64,000 nt of DNA from Vicugna vicugna. Its lineage: Eukaryota. Of the stretch, positions 61,001 to 64,000 are shown piece after piece. The stretch is from contig MU057989.1 in NCBI GenBank assembly GCA_013265495.1, positions 697,513 to 761,512 of the forward strand, in the 5' to 3' direction. A program made the position numbers and the translations under genes. The stretch's first letter is position 1. Each line of letters begins with the position of its first letter. Below the pieces are notes generated by a model. The model worked only from the letters and a program-made list of their open reading frames with translations. It searched no databases and had not been told where the DNA came from.

Positions 61001-62998
61001 AAACGGAACATACGCCCACATGAAGGCCTGAACGTTTCAAATGTGCACAGCGGCTTTCTTTCTAACATCCCCCAATGCTCACCAGCTGCTGAGCGGACAC
61101 ACCAACCATGAGACCCACACAGTGACCACTTCTCAGTGACAGGAGCGGACTACTGACACTGCAACAGCACAGAAGTATCGCTAAAGCACTGAGGCAACTG
61201 AGAGAAGTCAGGCCCAAAAGACTACATCCTATGTAATTCTGTTTACGTGAAATTCTAGAAAATACACCACCACAGGGACAGAAAGCAGATCCACGGTTGA
61301 CAAGGGGTGGGAAGGGGCAGGGGATACTGGGGGTGATGACATCAGTGGTATGGGTGGTCCCATGAATGCATATGTTGGTCAAAACTCATTGTACACTAAG
61401 ACTTGGAGGATTTTACTGCATGTAAATTATACCTCAGTAAAACTTCTGAAAACAACAAGCCAGACAGGCAGACACGTACACAGAGCAGAGAGAACAGGTG
61501 ACCAGAAGAGCAGCAGTCACACCCGGAGACAAGCCTTCCACCCGTAGCAAGCACGCCCCACAGTCCCACCTGCGCCCGGGCAGCAGTTCCCAGAGCAGCT
61601 GTCCCAGGAAGGTGAAGTTCCTTAGGCCCACTGCCTGATGAACCCCACTTTTGCCTTTCTAACTTTTTGACCTTAAACTGTTCAAAGGTTACAAGAGCCA
61701 CCAAAAATAACTGCATCTAAAGTAAGACTGTTAATCCAAACAGTGGGCTGCAATTAAAAATAGTAGAGTGGGGAGGGTAGAGCTCAGAGGTAGAGTGCGT
61801 GCCTACCAAGCACGAGGTCCTGGGTTCAATCCCCAGGACCTTCATTAAAAACAAATAAAATCCTATTACCCCCCCAAAAAAGTATACAGTGCTGTATGTC
61901 AATTATATCTCAATAAAACTGGGAGAAAAAAAAGAATGATTTTTAAAAATAGAACCACAGAATATTCAGTAACCTGGGAAATATGCATTGCAAGAGGAAA
62001 AGTATGGCTAAAAATGTGAAGAGGACGGCTGACCTCTGAACAACATGGGTTTAAACTGGGCAGATCACCTCTTCACGGTTTTTTCAACAGCAAGTATCAC
62101 CTCCATTCAGTACTGCACTGTCTGCGGCTGGCTGAACCCTCAGGTGCAGATCCGCAGATTTCCAGGAACCGTACAGGGAGGACCCAGGGATACAGAGAGC
62201 AGACCAGAAGCTATATATATATGCATTTTCAGCTGTGGGGAGGGTCTGCTCCCCCACCCCAGTGTTGTTCAAGGGTCAACTACAGATTAAAAATGAAGAG
62301 AAGGTATAGCTCAGTGGTAGAGCACATGCTTAGCATGTACAAGGTCCTGGGTTCCATCCCCAGTGCCTCCACTTAGAAAGTAAACAAATAAGTAAACCTA
62401 ATTACCTCCCCCCTTGCAAAAAAAATTAATTAGAAAAAGTAATAAAGTGAATAAATTAAACTTTGGGGGAAGGGTAGAGCTCAGTGGTAGAGGGCGTGCT
62501 TAACATGCATGAGGTCCTGGGTTCAATCTCCAGTACCTCCATTTAAAAAAAAAATTAAGCCTAAAAATGTGTTTAGCTATGAAGATAAATGCACAGTTCA
62601 AAAACTTAAATAGACATACGCTAAAATGTTAATAGTACTTATCTTGGAATGATGGAGTGAATTAAAATTTTCTCCTCTTCTGCTATCCATGTTTTCTAAC
62701 TTTTCTACATTGAATGAATGTTTTTACAGGAAGTTAATAGTGAGTACAATCAGCAAGTCACTGGGACCCAGAGACACGACAGAAAGGAAGGCCTGTGTCC
62801 CCAGGCCGGTGTGTGGAAAAGCTGGCGGCGCCTGCGTCAGGACACTGGGAGAGGTACCTGGATGGTGATGGTGCCTTTCTCGGGGTCAGTCTGCAGGTGA
62901 ATCTCCATTTCCGGCAGCGCTTGGCCTTCAGACACCAGCTTATGACGCAGCTTTTCCAAGGCGTCACTGGCGTTGGAGATCAGCTCCCGTATAAACAC
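42924..62998 (-). CDS. TRAP1: TRAP1 (mitochondrial HSP90/HSP75), exons 4-18; 1785 nt, 594 aa + stop; exons 1-3 lie beyond the window
   Basis: HSP90 motifs [64 protein letters not shown]; 15 exons with GT-AG boundaries and continuous frame; ends ...LVKALERH*. Confidence 0.98.
43250..43322 (-). CDS. TRAP1: TRAP1 exon 17
   Basis: [24 protein letters not shown]; 73 nt. Confidence 0.97.
43325..43531. repeat. Minisatellite, 4 x 51 bp (one unit 50 bp)
   Basis: Unit gcaccacagagaccccccagaggtcagctcagggcgtggggcacacactca, starting at 43325, 43376, 43427, 43477. Confidence 0.95.
43600..46540 (+). mobile_element. Scattered ancient L1 (L1ME-like) fragments in TRAP1 intron 16
   Basis: A-rich degenerate L1 ORF2 and 3' UTR motifs. 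Confidence 0.55.
46586..46731 (-). CDS. TRAP1: TRAP1 exon 16
   Basis: [48 protein letters not shown]; 146 nt. Confidence 0.97.
48102..48187 (-). CDS. TRAP1: TRAP1 exon 15
   Basis: [28 protein letters not shown]; 86 nt. Confidence 0.97.
48736..48874 (-). CDS. TRAP1: TRAP1 exon 14
   Basis: [46 protein letters not shown]; 139 nt. Confidence 0.97.
49264..49449 (-). CDS. TRAP1: TRAP1 exon 13
   Basis: [22 protein letters not shown]...[14 protein letters not shown]; 186 nt. Confidence 0.97.
50766..50856 (+). mobile_element. Vic-1-like SINE inserted in an L1 3' fragment
   Basis: tRNA-like head; TSD aaaaggcagattgta (50751-50765) / aaaacgtagattgta (50857-50871). Confidence 0.88.
51356..51503 (-). 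CDS. TRAP1: TRAP1 exon 12
   Basis: [49 protein letters not shown]; 148 nt. Confidence 0.97.
54187..54256 (-). CDS. TRAP1: TRAP1 exon 11
   Basis: [22 protein letters not shown]; 70 nt. Confidence 0.97.
54724..54844 (-). CDS. TRAP1: TRAP1 exon 10
   Basis: [40 protein letters not shown]; 121 nt. Confidence 0.97.
55996..56151 (-). CDS. TRAP1: TRAP1 exon 9
   Basis: [52 protein letters not shown]; 156 nt. Confidence 0.97.
56500..56770 (+). mobile_element. L1MB-like 3' end fragment
   Basis: gactccatttctatgaaatgtccagaaaagg...gtggttgccagggctagggg. Confidence 0.7.
56884..56957 (-). CDS. TRAP1: TRAP1 exon 8
   Basis: [24 protein letters not shown]; 74 nt. Confidence 0.97.
57449..57558 (-). CDS. TRAP1: TRAP1 exon 7
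   Basis: [36 protein letters not shown]; 110 nt. Confidence 0.97.
58438..58598 (-). CDS. TRAP1: TRAP1 exon 6
   Basis: [40 protein letters not shown]...WLSDG; 161 nt. Confidence 0.97.
59000..59175. mobile_element. MER3/MER33-like hAT MITE fragment
   Basis: gcgatggaaatgctgtacat...taattaatttaaattcaaacagccacatg. Confidence 0.55.
59775..59846 (-). CDS. TRAP1: TRAP1 exon 5
   Basis: [24 protein letters not shown]; 72 nt. Confidence 0.97.
60040..61450 (+). mobile_element. Old L1 ORF2 and 3' end
   Basis: ORF2 remnants (MQIKTTKRY...LEWLKIK; PLLGIYP) and 3' UTR ending gtaaattatacctcagtaaa. Confidence 0.82.
60393..60547 (+). mobile_element. Vic-1-like SINE in L1
   Basis: tRNA-like head; TSD aaaagccaccact / aaaactaccact. 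Confidence 0.85.
61770..61881 (+). mobile_element. Vic-1-like SINE
   Basis: GGGGAGGGTAGAGCTCAGAGG...GGTTCAATCCCCAG head and A-rich tail. Confidence 0.85.
62026..62282. mobile_element. Tigger2/MER8-type TcMar MITE
   Basis: Termini cggctgacctctgaacaac...gttgttcaagggtcaact. Confidence 0.7.
62296..62560 (+). mobile_element. Two Vic-1-like SINEs, the second (62465-62555) nested in the tail of the first
   Basis: Two tRNA-like heads; inner TSD aaattaaacttt/aaattaagcct, outer taaaaatg. Confidence 0.85.
62858..62998 (-). CDS. TRAP1: TRAP1 exon 4
   Basis: [47 protein letters not shown]; 141 nt. Confidence 0.97.
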
Positions 62999-64000
62999 CT
63001 ACGGCAGCGGAAATAAGAAGCCGGCACTGCAGGGCCCATTGGGTTAGCAGCACCTGCAGCGATTGTTCAAGGCTGGGACAGAAATGCCCCAGAATTGTTT
63101 AACCAGAAAGACTTCCCGCTTTGCTCAAAGGCAGTTTCTCCAGGGCAGAACACATAATGATCAAGGACGCTCGCACCTCCCTGACCTGGCTGTACATGCT
63201 GAAGTCTAACTCTACTGCTCCTTCCTGGAACATCAAGCCCGGAGCTAGGTGTCGACTGGTTAACTCCAAACCTCAAGGACCCTGTGACATGACTTCTTTT
63301 TCAGCCTTTGCCTGGGGATGTCAAAAGATCCCCCAAGTATGTTTCTTCTGCTCTGCTCTTACAGTGGCTCGGTCATTCATTCACTCACTGGTTTCTTTAA
63401 TCTCATGGATCATCACAAACCAGACCTGCCATGTTCTGGACAAAAAAGGGCCACAGGCTCAACTGCCGACCGGTGTCCAGAAAGCCCTTTACTCCTAACA
63501 GGCTCCCTGCTTACGGGGAGACACAGCACACGGGGGGAGAGGGAGGAGGCGACCCGACCCCGAGAACAGAAGCCGGATGCCACAGGGACACCAGAATATA
63601 GAATTTAACAGGACAATACCTGGAAATACTTCCTAGAAAGTACCTTTTTGTTTTGGGAAGTTGGGCTTTATCCTTCGCTAAGTCTTCTTTGTGTTTTACA
63701 ACAAAGAGCGTGGAAACGATGACTCACTGGTTCCCCACTTCTCCGTGGAGGAGCTGTCACCCCTGGAGGAGCTTAACCTCCTCAAAAAGGCCCCTGGCAG
63801 CTCCTTTCTGCTCTGCTCCCCACAAGGCCAGCGGTCTTCGTCCTCCCATCTGACACCCTACAGACCGTGGTGGCTCCACCAGGTGACGAGGGGAGGAAAC
63901 CCAGGGCCTTGGAGCATGTGGAAAGCACCACGGAACAGATCTCAGCAGGGCCCCCCACGTCAACATCTAGGGGACTTTTAAACCAGCAGCAAAATTCATT

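Noticed and set aside
63150..63210. Possible C/D-box snoRNA (ATGATCA...CTGA...CTGA)
   Set aside because: C box mismatched, too short, no terminal stem, and antisense to the host transcript

Overview
Mammalian genomic DNA, very likely a camelid: there are seven tRNA-Ala-derived Vic-1-type SINEs and young L1s, and I saw no Alu, Bov-tA/BovB, PRE1 or CanSINE. The window is the SLX4-DNASE1-TRAP1 syntenic block. On the minus strand at left are the SLX4 5' end (CpG-island promoter with two NRF1 sites, non-coding exon 1, first coding exon). About 35 kb of repeat-dense sequence follows (nested L1s, LTRs, DNA transposons, a 163-nt N gap). An intact DNASE1 lies on the plus strand (8 coding exons, 39879-42471, 282 aa). 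TRAP1 exons 4-18 lie on the minus strand (62998-42924, 594 aa), with a 3' end converging on and probably overlapping DNASE1. I found no new protein-coding system; almost all other ORFs in the track are spurious or repeat-derived. The most notable features are structural or regulatory: (1) a perfect 153-bp inverted repeat inside an ancient L1; (2) an inverted pair of young L1s with a 386-bp 100%-identical tract, from gene conversion or misassembly; (3) a palindromic TTTAATTAAA that gives a poly(A) signal on both strands for DNASE1 and TRAP1; (4) a 51-bp VNTR built from the TRAP1 exon-17 branch point/acceptor; (5) the human-equivalent SLX4 start codon reduced to a uORF, plus a shifted splice donor; (6) a poly(A)-only retro-insertion. 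Comparisons to human and bovine sequences and repeat subfamily names are from memory, not from searches.
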